Assembly: GCF_006345805.1 (NCBI RefSeq)
Contig: NC_043004.1
Coordinates: 70,928,001-70,992,000, forward strand
Origin: Octopus sinensis
Taxonomy: Eukaryota
Direction: 5' to 3'
DNA: 64,000 nt
In this document: positions 1 to 12,685 of the stretch, piece after piece
Numbering within the stretch: position 1 is the first letter of the stretch
Layout: each line of letters begins with the position of its first letter
Program-made: the position numbers and the translations under genes
Notes under the pieces: generated by a model
What the model saw: the letters and a program-made list of their open reading frames with translations, nothing else
Database searches by the model: none
What the model was told of the DNA's origin: nothing

Positions 1-302
1 AATTGCACTATAATTCTATTAACAGTAGCAAGAGGAATTTGAAGATTTTCTGCAATTTTTTGGTGTCTGGTTTTAACTAGCCTCAGGTTGCCCAACAATA
101 TGACCCCTTTGAAAATCTGACAGTTCTGCTGAATATTTTGTGCGTGGCATGGTTACTCTTTACAAATGTTTAATATAATGGCAGCTGGAATGAAAAAGAA
201 TAATTACATTGTAGATTCTACATTGCTGAAAACATATCAAGACGCTCAGATCAGAAATTTTGAAAATTAAAGGTGTCTATTTACTTCCTGCATGTGTATG
301 TA

Positions 303-367
<65 letters not shown>

Positions 368-536
368 TGAAGGCGCATGGGTCAGTGGTTAGAGCATCAA
401 GCTCACAATCATGAGGTAGTGAGTTCAATTCCTGGACAGAGCTGCATGTTGTGTCCTTGAGCAAGACACTTTATTTCACGTTGCTCCAGTCCACTCAGCT
501 GTGGAAATGAGTTGTGACGTCACTGGTGCCAAGCTG
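368..536 (+). mobile_element. tRNA-derived SINE, family C
   Basis: A-box-like TCAGTGGTTAGAGC and B-box-like GAGTTCAATTCC followed by CTTGAGCAAGACACTT. Related copies at ~6008-6165(+), ~38935-39103(-), ~42831-42962(-), ~54225-54682(+), ~57260-57345(-). Confidence 0.8.
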
Positions 537-539
537 GTT

Positions 540-717
540 GATTACACTGACCCCAGTATTCAACTGGTATTTATTTCATTGACCCTGAAAGCATGGAACG
601 CAAAGTCGACCTGGGTGGAACTTGAACTCGACGTAAAGACGGACGAAATGCCACTGAGAAATTTTGTCTGGCATGCTAATGATTCTGCTAATGATTCTGC
701 TAATGATTCTGCTAGCT
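540..717 (-). mobile_element. SINE, family B (partial)
   Basis: Reverse complement matches the family-B copies at 17893-18320 and 27345-28748. Carries a 12-bp triplication (GCTAATGATTCT)x3 at 675-710. Confidence 0.7.
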
Positions 718-829
718 TGACACCCGACTGATATTGAACATTAATTATATTTAGTAATTAGTCAAGAAAACTGAATGCTTAATAGAGAGGAGGAGAAGGA
801 GAAGATGTAGGAAGTATTGTCTCTGCTGA

Positions 830-2270
830 TAATAATAATAATGATGATGATGATGGTGGTGGTGGCAGTTGTGATAATGACGATGGTGATGGTCAATGTG
901 ATGATGATTGTGGTGGTTGTGATGGCAATAATGATTGCAGTGGTGGTGGCGACTGCAATGACGGTGGAGGTGGTAGTAAAGTAGAAGTGTGCTGATTGTG
1001 ATGACGACGATGATGATGGTGGTGGTGGTGGTGGCAGAGGTGGCTGCGGTGATGGTGTTGGTTTGTGATTGTGATGATAAATGTGATGATGATGATGATG
1101 CTGTATGATGTAAGTAATAATAATAGTGATGGTTGTAGTTGTGGTGGTGGTGGTGGTGATGATGATTATGATGGCGAAGGCAGTGTGCTGTTGGTGGTGT
1201 TCACAGTAGTGCCAATGGTGGTGGTGGCAGCGGCATGGTGGTAGTGGTGGTGTTGGTGGCAATAATTTTGGTTGCGATTCTGATAATTATAGTTGTGATG
1301 GTGATTATGATGATGGTGATGATGGTGATGGTGTTATGATGATGGTGAAGGTGGCGGTGACGTGAATGGTGGTTTGGATTGCGATAATGAGGATGGCCAT
1401 GATAAAGCTGATGGCAAGGGTAATGACACTGAAGATAATAATAGGGTAGCATCATAGCGTACGGATGAAGATGGGGATGATGATGATGATGATGATGATG
1501 ATCATCATCATCATGGTCGTGGTGGTGGTAGTGAAGATGATTGTGGTGGTGATGGTGGTGGTGTTGGTGGTGGTGGTGGTGGTGATGGTGGTGGTTAGTG
1601 GTGGTGGTGATGGTGGTGGTGGTGGTGATGATGATGGTGGTGGTGATGATGATGGTGGTGGTGGTGGTGATAGTGGTGGTTAGTGGTGGTGGTTGGTGGT
1701 GGTGGTGATGATGATGGTGGTGGTGATGATGATGGTGGTGGTGGTGGTGATAGTGGTGGTTAGTGGTGGTGGTTAGTGGTGGTGATGATGGTGGTTAGTG
1801 GTGGTGGTGATGATAGTTGTGGTGGTGCTGGTGATGGTGTTGGTGGTGATAGTGGTGGTGGTTGTGGTAGTGGTTATGATGATGGTGGTGGTGGTGATGA
1901 TGATGGTTGTGGTGGTGGTGGTGATGATGATGGTAGTTGTAATGGTGGTGGTGATGATGATGATGGTTGTGGTGGTGGTGGCAGTGTGGTGATGATAATG
2001 ATGGTCGTGGTGGTGGCAGTGGTGATGGTGGTGGTCGTGGTGGTGGCGGTGGTGATGGTGGTGGAGGTGGTGATGATGACAGTGGTGGTGATGATGATGA
2101 TGGTGAGGGTGATGACACAGTTGTGGAGATGGTAATTGTGTTGCTGATAGTGGTGGTGGTGGTGGTAACAGTGATGGTAATGGTACTGAGGTTGACGAGG
2201 GTGGCGGCAGCGATGGTATTACAATGTGGGTGGTATTTTGCTGGTGGTGCTGGGGCTGCTAATGGTATCA
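830..2270. repeat. (GGT/GAT)n degenerate triplet low-complexity tract
   Basis: Continuous GGT/GAT/GTG triplets giving only poly-V/M/G/D/H/T frames. Confidence 0.95.
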
Positions 2271-2324
2271 TATCCCTTCACCTTTCCATAATACCATCAC
2301 ACACATAAATCAATGTTAGCTGTT

Positions 2325-2380
2325 GTAGGTATGTATGTATGTATGTATGTATGTATGTATGTATGTTATGTATGTATGTG

Positions 2381-2411
<31 letters not shown>

Positions 2412-2835
2412 GTGTATGTGTGTATGTGTGTATGTATGTATGTATGTATGTATGTGTGTGTGTATGTATGTATGTATGTTTGTGTGTATGTCTCTCTCTC
2501 TCTCTCTCCCTCTCTCTCTCTCTATATATATATATATATGTCTGTATGAAGTACATTTATATATGTGTATGTATGTAGGTATGAAGCATGTATGTATGTA
2601 TGTATGCAAACATATATATATATATATGTATCTATGTGTGTGTCTATGTATGTAGCTATGATGTATGTATGTATGTGTGTGTGTATGTATGTATGTATGT
2701 ATGCTTGTATGTATCTATATATGTATGTATATCTGTATGTCTATATGTATGTATGAAATGTATTTATATGTATGTATGTATGTCTTCTGTATGTATATAT
2801 ATGTGTGTGTGTGTGTGTGTATGTATACATATAGT
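2325..2835. repeat. (TATG)n/(TG)n/(TC)n/(TA)n compound microsatellite
   Basis: Direct reading. Similar (TATG)n block at ~35670-35990. Confidence 0.95.
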
Positions 2836-3989
2836 GTGTATGCAACTGTCTTATCTAAACCACCACAGCAGTCACTAATCTCTCTCTATTTCTCGGTCAT
2901 TTGGTAGAAATTGTAAAACCCCAGTGACCTCCCAGCCAGAGAGTTTCTTTATTGAAATCAGACTCCCCTCCCCTGCCACATTCCTTTCATACGTAACCCA
3001 CCCCGTCCACCCCCATCCGCCACTGCATCTCCTCATCACGCTTCGCCCCCCCCACCCCTCGCTCGCACTCCTCATGCAACTTCCTCTTCTTACACCCTAC
3101 TCCCCCCACCCCACCCGACCCCGCCTCTTCTCCACCCACTTCCTCCCCCGTGTTCTCTTCCTTCTGGTGCTCCGAAATGGTAAGAAAAGCCAAGCTCGAA
3201 ACTGTTTAAGTGTGGAATGTTGCACAACAGCTCTGCATGTGCGCACGTTCATGCGTTTGCAGGTGAACGTACGCATTAGCTGAATCAATAACAGCAATTT
3301 AAGTGCATTTTCTTTTGCATCATTTGCATCTAATTGTTTGGTTTTTTTATTGTTTCTGCTTGTTGTTGTTGTTAGTGTTGTTGTTGTTGTTGTCAGCTCA
3401 ACTTTTTTGAATTTTTTTTTTTGTTATATGTTTGTTTAGTAGCTGAATTAATCATAGCTCTTCTGTGAGTTCTCGTTAAGTTTTAATCTAAGCTAATTAT
3501 TATACAGGAGGCGGTGAATTGGTAAAGTCTCATTAGATCTTCACATGTGATGCCTTGTGGAATTTGTTCTTGGCACTCTGCACTCTGTGTCCTTCCTCTC
3601 CAAGATTGTAAGGTGTGATCTGAAATGAGATTTGGTTGCTATTTCTAATTGGTTCAGTGATCACGTAACACCTTTCTCATTGACTCGAATGGGATTTGGT
3701 AGAGAAAGAGGAAAAGAACAACAACAAAATATGTATGTAGCAGAGAGAGGTGATGAACACTCTACAAGTGGGTTCAATCCCAGTTTGATCCCTTATTGTA
3801 CTTTCCCTACATATTTTACTTGTTTTGGTCATAGGACTGTAGATGAGCCTGGGCATTGCTTTAGCTCCTTAGCATTCAGATTATTCTGTCAAACATAAAG
3901 GGTAAGGACCCCCTTCGGTCATGAGAGACCATGGGATTGCTCACTCATGCATACCAGCTTCCTCTCTCCACGCCGCCGCCACCGATGTG

Positions 3990-4322
3990 AAGGAGAAAGT
4001 AAAGATAGTGGGATAGAAGAGAATGAGAAAGAGAGGCTGAGAAATAAAACATGAGAGATAAAGAGAGAAAATGAGTGAGAGAGAGAGAATGAGAGAGAGA
4101 GAGAGAGAATGAGAGAGCGAGAGTAAAAGAAAGCAGGAGAGTGAGAGAGAAAAAGCAAGGGACAGCAAGAAATAGAGAGAGAGAGTGAGATAAAAAGCAA
4201 TTAAGAGAGAGAACAAGAGAAAATAAGAGTAAAAGAAAGTGAGTAGGAGAAAGCAAGAGAGAGAGAGAGAGAAAAGAGAAAAGAGAGAGAGGGAGAGAAA
4301 GAGAGAGAGAAAGGGAGAGAGT
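3990..4322. repeat. GA-rich polypurine tract
   Basis: (GA)n with short interruptions. Similar tracts at ~6165-6840 (pyrimidine strand, with a ~136-bp tandem duplication at 6449/6585) and ~60900-61720. Confidence 0.9.
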
Positions 4323-4649
4323 GCTAACAAGGTTTAGTCGTTTTGACTAATTGTTGAATTCAGATTAAGATGGAATCTTTTGACAAAAAATACCTTTTTT
4401 GTCTAATTACTATCATTTACATCATGGCGCCGGAAGAACTGTTGCCAGTTGGTGAATCTAGATACAAAATGATGCATTCTATGTTGTAGTAGTTTACAGA
4501 GTATTTAGAAATAAGAACCAACCCAGTCCCTCAGAGAAGATAGAACTGTGATAGAGAGAGAGAGAGAGATTGAGAAAAGAACAATACCCTGCCACCTCAC
4601 TACTTGACTGGTACTTTATTTCTCCACCCCTGAAGAATGAAAGAAAAAA

Positions 4650-5312
4650 AGGGGTATCAAAAACTTCCCTGACTAGTTCTGTAGCGTGCCAACAGATGGC
4701 AGCACATGGTTGCGTGCACTGTGAGAGCGAGCAGTGACCTTCATGAAGCAGTGTGCCAAGTGACATCACTGTGTTTATTTTGCAAGTTGTGAAATTTGTG
4801 CTTTTGTGATCAAATGTTTGGTTGTAGTCTGCGATTTTCTCAATGACAGGAATAAAGAGCCAACATGAAATTCTGGGTTAAACTTGGGAAGTCTGCTCCA
4901 GAGACATTGAGCATGCTTTGGCAAGCTTATGCTGATGGGTCGTATGTAATGTTTTGAGTGGCATGCGTGCTTCAAAAGTGAAAGAATATCCCTGGAAGAT
5001 GATGAGCAATCTGGAAGACCTACCACAGGTGTCACACCCGGAAATGTGGTATTAGGCATCAAGAATTCATCTCCAAGAGCCAGACTGTCAATCAAGAATT
5101 CTACTGTGACATTTTGAAGCATTTGAGGAAGGGCATTCAGCGAAAGCGACCAGATCTGTGGAGCTGGAAGAATTGGATTTTTCACTAAGCTCTGCTCACT
5201 CATGAGTTCCTTGCCAAAAACAATATGGCATTGCTTCCACACACAGCCTATTTACCAGACTCCCATCTCTTCCGTAACGTGAAAATGTAACTCAAAGGAC
5301 ACTGTTTTAACA
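4650..5312 (+). mobile_element. Degenerate, internally deleted mariner transposon
   Basis: TIR-like GGGGTATCAAAAACTTCC at ~4651. Translated fragments MKFWVKLGKSAPETLSML, FEWHACFKSERISLEDDEQSGRP and HQEFISKSQTVNQEFYCDILKHLRKGIQRKRPDLW are typical of mariner HTH and catalytic regions. Frameshifted. Confidence 0.85.
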
Positions 5313-5667
5313 CCTTATTTTGCAACCACATTGTTTCTGGTTCAGTCCCACTGCACAGCAGTTAAGAAGATCACTTTATAACTGTCATTCCAGATTCAAT
5401 ACCACTGTACAGTACCTTGGGCAAGTGTCTCCTACCACAGCCCCCAGCCAGCCATTGCCTTGTGTATGAATTTAGTAGACTAAAACTATGTGGAAACCCA
5501 TTACATGTGTGTGTCCATGTGTGTGTGTGTGTTTGTCCCAGCCGCCACTTGAAAACTGGTGATGGTTTGTTTATATCCCTATAACTTAGCAGTTTAGCAA
5601 AAGACACAGATAGAATAAATACCAAACTTAAGTAAATAAATACAGGGACCAATCTGTTTGGATATAA

Positions 5668-6005
5668 CCTTAAACCCATTTAGCATTTAATCCGACCATA
5701 TTTGGCCCAAATATTCTATCTGTTTTATGGTCAAACTGATCAGATCTGGCCCTTTACACCTACCCGACAATGTCATTCTACATAAATACAATCACATCAT
5801 TGCAATCGCAAAGCTGCAGGATTGTGCAAGATCAATTCAAACATTTGATAAAATTATCTGAATGCTGAAGTGCTAAACCAGGTATATTCAGCCCAAACTG
5901 GCCAGGTCCAGCTTCTCACACCTACCCTACAATGTCCTTTAACAAATATACAATCACATCATCGAAATCTCAAAGCTATGAGCTAATGCATCATTAATTC
6001 AAAAC
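5668..6005. mobile_element. piggyBac-like MITE family copy (degenerate)
   Basis: TTTAGCATTTAA...GGCCCAAATATTC... is shared with ~7754-7895, ~13500-13540 and ~46347-46572; the last ends GAATGCTAAAGGG. Superfamily inferred from CCC...GGG-type ends. Confidence 0.55.
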
Positions 6006-6182
6006 AATGGGGATAATGGCTCAGTGGTTAGAGCGTCAAGATCACGGTCATGAGGTGGTGAGTTCAATTCCCAGATCAGGCTGTGTTGTGTTCTTGAGCA
6101 AGACACTTTATTTCAAATTGCTCCAGTCCACTCAGCCGTAGAAATGAGTTGTGATGTCACTGCGATGTCTCTCTTTTCCCAA

Positions 6183-6215
<33 letters not shown>

Positions 6216-7898
6216 TTCTTAGCCTCTTCATTTCTTTCTCAACCTCTCTCTTTTTCTCTCTCTCAGTCTTTCTCTTTGTCTTTCTCTCTTTCTCCATTTC
6301 TGTTTCTTATTCTCTCTCTGTCTTAGTCTTTCCCTCCCTCTTTCTCTTAATCTTCCCACTCTCTCTTAGTCTTTCCCTCTCCCTGTCTCTTAGTCTCTTT
6401 CTTTCTTAGTCTTTCCTACTCCCTCTCTTAATCTTTCCTTCTCCCTCTCTTAGTCTTATCCTCCCTCTCAATCTTACCTTCTCTTTTCTTGTCTGTTCTT
6501 CAGTCTTTCTTAGTCTCTCTCTCTCTCTCTCTCTCTCTCTTCATCTCTCCTTTTTCCTAGTCTTGTTCTTAGTCTGTCTCCTCTCTTAGTCTTATCCTCC
6601 CTCTCAATCTTACCTTCTCTTTTCTTGTCTGTTCTTCAGTCTTTCTTAGTCTCTCTCTCTCTCTCTCTCTCTCTCTTCATCTCTCCCTTTTTCCTAGTCT
6701 TGTTCTTAGTCTGTCTCCCTCTCTTAGTCTTTCCTTCTCCCTCTCTTAGTCTTTCCCTCTCTCTCTCTCTCAATCTTACCCTCTCTCTCTCTCTCTTAGT
6801 CTGTTCTTCAGTCTTTCTTTGTCTCTTTCTATTACTTGCTACTTTTTGATGACCTTCACACCATAAAATCCTGTGTAATTTCTCTTTCCACTTTGTTGCC
6901 AACACACCTGTTTATCCCACTAGACTTACCTCTTGAACACCTCCTAACACCTGTGTATGTTTCACTCCACACACGCACACACACACACACATGCACACAC
7001 ACACACACATCCGCATGCACACATTTTGATGCACACCTGCCTACCCCACATAAACATGCATGCACACCCACACATCCACACACTTTACTGAACTCCTCTT
7101 CAGCACCACCTTCCGTCAGCACTGCCAACAACCCACCTTCCGTCAGCACCGCCACCTCCACCATGATCATATCACCATCACCATTCCCAGTGTTACCACC
7201 ACCACCACCACACCACCACCACCATTATCACCTCTCCCACTGGACAGTAGCATTTTGATATACTTGTGAAAAAAATAATCAGTCACCAGTATAGCAGCTT
7301 CAACCAGTACCACTACAACAACCATCACCACTAAAACAACAACCTCCACAGTAGCAACAACAACGGCAGCATAAAATGTCTTGGCTGTCATCCCCCACTC
7401 TCCCCTTTTGTGTGTCTGAGACAAAATCTCTAGGTTTTAAAAAAAACTTTCAACATTTTTATCTCATTAAGCAGGCATTTCTCCGCCCCACTCTCTTTCT
7501 CTTTTGAGAAGCCCTGCTGCCTTCCCACCCCACCCAGTGTCAAGGTCCTATTAGCATTTCTTATCGAATGTCTTAATTAGTGTTTATTACTGATTAATTT
7601 CTACTAGAAGTTTTAATTAATGCCAGGAGGAACTGTGGCAGTGAACGAGATGTTGAAATGCAACAAAAGTTTTTTTTTGACACTTCCTTCATAACAGAGA
7701 GAATATTAATAAGAAATTAATGAAAAGTGAATATAACGGGTTTTTGTGTGGCCTTAACACTTTAGCATTCAAACTAGTCATAACTGGCCAAAATACAGTG
7801 TTTTATTTTGAAACTGGTCAGATCCAGCCTCTCACACTGGCCCTAAAAATTTTGAAGCTGTGAGATAATGCATGATCTATTCAAAACGTGAATTACAT

Positions 7899-8185
7899 CA
7901 TCATTATCATATAACATCCATTTTCCATGCTGGCATGGGTTGGACGGTTTGACTGAAAACTGCTAAACTGGGGAGCTGCACCAGGTTCCCATCTGATTTG
8001 GCATGGTTTCTACAGCTGGTTCCCTTCCTCATGCCAACCACTCTAAGAATGCAGTGGGTGCTTTTTACGTGCCACCTGCATGAAATGCTGGCATTGGCCG
8101 TGACTGCGATCTCACTTGGCTCGAGGGGTCTTCTCAAGCATGGTATATCACCAAAGGTTTTGGTCACTTGTCATTGCCTGAATTG
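7899..8185 (-). mobile_element. RTE-type 3' end / RTE-dependent SINE (family E)
   Basis: Minus strand ends ...GCATGGAAAATGGATGTT plus a (GAT)n-like tail. Homologous copies at ~10308-10498(+), ~11672-12222(-), ~24466-24920(-), ~56745-56987(+). RTE link inferred from the (GAT)n tail. Confidence 0.7.
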
Positions 8186-8329
8186 TTAAAGGGTTATTTG
8201 ACCAAAATGTCTTTTCTATGAAGAAATAGTTTTAAATGTCAACACAGTCTCAGCTCAGACATTTGGCTCTTTCAAATTAATTTATATTATTTTTTTGTTT
8301 ATTTTATTTTCCACTGTCACCACCACCAT

Positions 8330-9050
8330 TATTTAATATTTATGTTCCATACTATTAGGAGTGTGGCACTTTTGAAGATTGTCAATAAACACAAATGCCT
8401 TTTGATCCCCAAGACTTCCTTGCAGATGAAATGACCTTGGCCTTCTTTGGAGAGGAGGTGTGTTTCCACTATGGATTGCCTCTTTGTCTCTGGCTCAAAG
8501 TGATGACCTCAACACTTATCCTGGCTTAGGAAACGCTCAAGGAAACCAACTGGGTATTGCCCCAATGTCAGATTTTGCTGTGATGTGATCTGCTGGTCTG
8601 CTTTTGATTGATTGTCAGAAGATCTAAGCCCTCACTGGACTGAAACCGTTGTCGTTCCAAGTTCATTGTGCGGAATATTCTGAACTCTCTTGTGGGAGAT
8701 GCTAATAGCATAGGCTTTTTGATTTATAGTCAGTCGCCTGACATCCATCACGATCAATGTTTTTCCACGGTGGTAGCAGTTGCAGGATGTCCAGGTCTTG
8801 GATCATCTTCAAGACTCTCTGTTCCCTCCTGAATTCAGCAGCCCACTTTTGCACTGTTGATGAAGCTGGAGCATTGTCCCCTAATGTAGCAACCATATCA
8901 ACATGAATGTCTTTGGGGGCTAAACTCATTTTTGGCAGGTACTTGATAACACCATGATACCAAATTTTGTCCATTTTCAAGAAAATTGGCCACTAATTAT
9001 TTTTGAAATCTTCTTTGAACAGTCAGACATCAGTTTATCTGGAAAGAAAC
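8330..9050 (-). mobile_element. Degenerate mariner transposon
   Basis: ORF 8702-8980 (MDKIWYHGVIKYL...KDIHVDMVATLGDNAPASSTVQKWAAEFRR) is a mariner N-terminal HTH. Downstream fragments resemble WKH..SP.KKAKVISSA and KGI.FID.LQK. Confidence 0.85.
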
Positions 9051-10124
9051 AATTCTCTTATTAATAAGAAAAGTTGATATGAATACCTGCAAGATTTCAC
9101 AGCTTTAACTTCACTTCATAATTAGCCTATGGACTTTTCAGCCCACCCTCGTGTGTGTATTTGTACATATAATTCTTTTTTGGAATATTGGTTTGTGAAG
9201 CCAAAAATAACAGTATGTAACTAGTGTGTTGAAAAATCTATCCTTTTGGAGAGAAAAAGTTGAATGCTTACAGATGCATGCACACTCACACACTGTATTC
9301 ATATTGTATTTATATTCCAACTAGAACAGTGAAATATATATTGGGTATTATGGGTAAGACTGTACTGCTTGTAATGAGAACAGAATGGATCAATACTTCA
9401 TGAATCTGAAATCCCAAACTTCCAGTGTATATAAAAATGCTGGACATGCCATTAATGATGTGTGTATATCTCACACCCCTTGTGTCCAAGCCATATTTCA
9501 AAGAACCATACAGAAAATGAACTGAAGTCATTAGTAGCTTTCAAAATTGTGTCTTTCAAGTAATATTTCGTGCGTAGATACAAATTGCATTGTTCTCTCG
9601 TACGTTGCATAGAAGGTAGCTGCTACGTCATGAAATTTTGTTTCACCCTAGGGATAGCATTTATCCATTCCATTTTAAAAGCTTCCTGGTTAAAATGTGA
9701 CATGTCACAGCTTCATTGTCGTTGCTGCCATGCATGTCTGTTGAGTAGCAACGAATGTCTTTGGGAAATTGTTTTAGAATTTGGATAAATGCCGCCATTA
9801 TCATCATTGTTCTTGCTGCTGCTGGTGATTTTGTTGTTTATTTATCTCCAGCTCAGCTCTGATCAAGTACATTTATGATCAAAGGGAATTCTAGCCATGA
9901 CCATCCCATCTTTATTATTTTTTTTGTTATTCTATTTTTCAGTCATTGTCTATCTAGGACCATAACATCCAGTGTACCTTTCCTCTCACTCTCCCTCTCT
10001 CTTTTTAAATGATAATGTATGATTTGAGAGAGTTTCAACTGCTATTTCTATCAGGCCAAGCAATCATTTACAAGCCCCCACTTTTGCTTATTCTAGAGTG
10101 ATATCTTAACAAAGACACCTTTAA

Positions 10125-10711
10125 GCAGGAGTGGCGGTGTGGTAAGAAGCTTGCACTTGCATCCCAACCAGATAGTCCGGGTTCAGTCCTGCTGCATAGC
10201 ACCTTGGGCAAGTGTCTTCCACTGTAGCCTTGGGCTACCAAAACCTTCTGAGTGGATTTGGTAGACGGAAACTGAAAAAAAGCCCGTCTTATATATATAT
10301 ATATATACTGTGCGGGTGGCACGTAAAAAGCACCCACTACACTCATGGAGTGGTTGGCGTTAGGAAGGGCATCCAGCCGTAGAAACACTGCCAGATTTGA
10401 CTGGGCCTGATGAAGCATTCTGGCTTCACAGACCCCAGTTGACCCGTCCAACCCATACTAGCATGGAAAGCGGACGCTAAACGATGATGATGATGATGTA
10501 TATATTTATGTATGTGTCTGTGTTTGTCCCTTCACACAGTTGCTTGACAACTGATGTTGGTGTGTTTATGTCCCCATAACTTAGTAGTTTAGCAAAAGAG
10601 ACCGATGGAATAAGTACCAAGTGTACAAAGAATAAGTCCTGGGGTCGATTTCTTTGACTAAAAGGCTGTTCTGCAGCATAGCCGTAGTCAAGTGACTGAA
10701 ACAAGTAAAAG
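10125..10711 (+). mobile_element. SINE family A with nested family-E insertion (10308-10498)
   Basis: Head GCAGGAGTGGC.GTGTGGTAAG, CORE-like GCACCTTGGGCAAGTGTCTT, tail GACTGAAACAAGTAAAAG. The insert sits in the internal (TA)n tract. Confidence 0.85.
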
Positions 10712-10855
10712 GGTATGCAAGACTACTTTCTCTGAAATACAGGGTACGGCAGAAGTAACCACCTTTTGTACTTGAGTTTTCTAATAATAATAAATAACAT
10801 TTCGTTTTTGGATTTGGTTTGCAAGATTCTTTATATGAGTTCGTGTGTTGAAGCA

Positions 10856-11093
10856 TATTCTGTTGTGTCTGGGGAGAGTCATTCTCTTTTAGTGCCTTAT
10901 AATTTAACACACTCACTGGTAAAATTTTCACTAATTCCTTATTTTTATTCCTTATTCAAGACTATTGAAAAGGTTGCAAGACAACGAAAATTTTAGGAAA
11001 ATAAAAATAAGGAATAAGTGGAAATTTTTCCGGTGAGTGTATTACATTATAAGGCACAAAACGAAAATGATTCTCCCCAGACACAACAGAATA
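10856..11093. mobile_element. Fold-back / MITE-like inverted repeat
   Basis: Arms ~10856-10949 and ~11000-11093 are reverse complements with about 10 mismatches over ~94 bp. Confidence 0.7.
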
Positions 11094-11120
11094 AATAATA
11101 TATATATATATGCATATATG

Positions 11121-11390
11121 AGTACAGGATGTCACCAACTGTGCAAACAACATAAAATATTTAAACAAACGAGTTAAATATACGTAAACAACGAGAGAAG
11201 AAAATGGGAAACAGAAGAAAAGAGAGAGGAAAGACCCTTCATCAGTTGTCAGCTGTCTATTTACTCCTCATTTCAAGCTTTCAATGACTATGAGTCTTCA
11301 AAGGCAGTTGCTCCCATAAATTGTAAAATAAAATTCAGGATCAGGACAGTGGTGACATCCAAGGAAACCAAACGAAAACGGTTTCCTAGT
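11121..11390. repeat. Unclassified interspersed repeat (2 copies in window)
   Basis: Shares GACCCTTCATCAGTTGT, TATGAGTCTT..AAGGCAGTTG and GACATCCAAGGAAACC with ~50972-51345. Confidence 0.65.
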
Positions 11391-12685
11391 TTCTAATTGA
11401 GTTCTATTATTATTTCCTAAAACTTCTGCCAATTTTTTTTCATTAGTTTATTATTTGTTTCTCTCTCTCTCTTTCGGAGAGGCACAAGCACCTACACGCA
11501 CATATACACACACGGCAGTAACTTCCACCTACCGAATTCAATCACAAAGCTCCGGTCGGCTCGGGGCTATAGTGGAAGACACCTATCCAAAGTGCCACGC
11601 AATGGGGCTGAACCCGAAACCATAAGTAAATTCAATAAATTTGCATTCAATAAAAAATTACTTAATAAATGTTCATCATCATCATCGTTTAACGTCCGCT
11701 TTCCATGCTGGCATGGGTTGGATGATTTGACTGAGGACTGGCGAGCCAGATGGCTGCACCAGACTCCAATCTGATTTGGCAGAGTTTCTACCGCTGGATG
11801 CCCTTCCTAACGCCAACCACTCCGAGAGTGTAGTGGGTGCTTTTACGTGCCACCAGCATGAGGGCCAGTCAGGCAGTACTGGCAACGGCTATGCTCAGAT
11901 AGTGTTTTTTTATGTGCCACCTGCACAGGAGCCAGTCCAGTGGCACTGGCAACGACCTCGCTCGAATGTTTTTTCACATCCCACCAGCACAAGTGCCAGT
12001 AAGGCGACGCAGGTAACGATCACGCTTGAATGGTTCTTTTTACGTGCCACCGACACGGAGGCCAGTTTGTTGCTCTGGCAACGAACATGCTTGTATGGTC
12101 CTCTTAGCGCTCCACTAGCATGGATGCCAGTCATCGAATTTGATTTCAATTTTGATTTCACTTGCCTCAACAGGTCTTCGCAAGCAGAGTTTAGTGTTCA
12201 AGCAGAGTTTAGTGTCCATGTACTATAAAAGTTACCAAATGTAAAAAGGGCGTTACTTCTGCTGCACCCTGTATATATTGATGTTTTTGTGTGGTTAAGA
12301 AGTTTGCTTTGTAATTGTTTCCAGGTTCAATCCCACTGCAAGGTACCTTTGGCAAAATTGTCTTCTACTGTAACCTGGAATCTGTCCCAAGTTTTGCAAG
12401 TGAATGATGCTGGTGCTTGTAGGAGTAATGGTATTAGGAGTGATAATCACATCAGAAGTGTTGGTAGCATAATGATGATAACGATGTCATGTAGCACTGG
12501 GTATGATGGTGGTGTGATGTGATGTGGTGATGGTTATGAGGATGACGACGATGATGATGATGGTAGTGGGGGGGGGTCCTGATGATGATGATAATAATGG
12601 TGATACTAGTGGCAGCGACAGTGGTAGTGGACGTGGTGGTAATGACGATAACGAGGGTGATGGTGTTGATGATAATGAGTGGACA

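Noticed and set aside
762-2907. Numerous His/Thr/Val/Gly/Asp or MYVC-repeat ORFs (also at 29424-32605, 35610-36016, 44895-45556, 48747-50609, 58774-60794)
   Set aside because: Translations of microsatellites with no domain content or splice context.
3210-3230. TGGAATGT, resembling the miR-1 5' end
   Set aside because: Only 8 nt match and no precursor hairpin; I recognised no conserved microRNA in the window by eye.
9357-9530. ~56-codon open frame (..MDQYFMNLKSQTSSVYKNAGH..) in unique sequence
   Set aside because: No recognisable motif and no convincing splice sites.
11235-11250. CTGATGAAGGG on the minus strand (also ~51062-51075) as a hammerhead core
   Set aside because: No closing stem II or GAAA follows in either copy.
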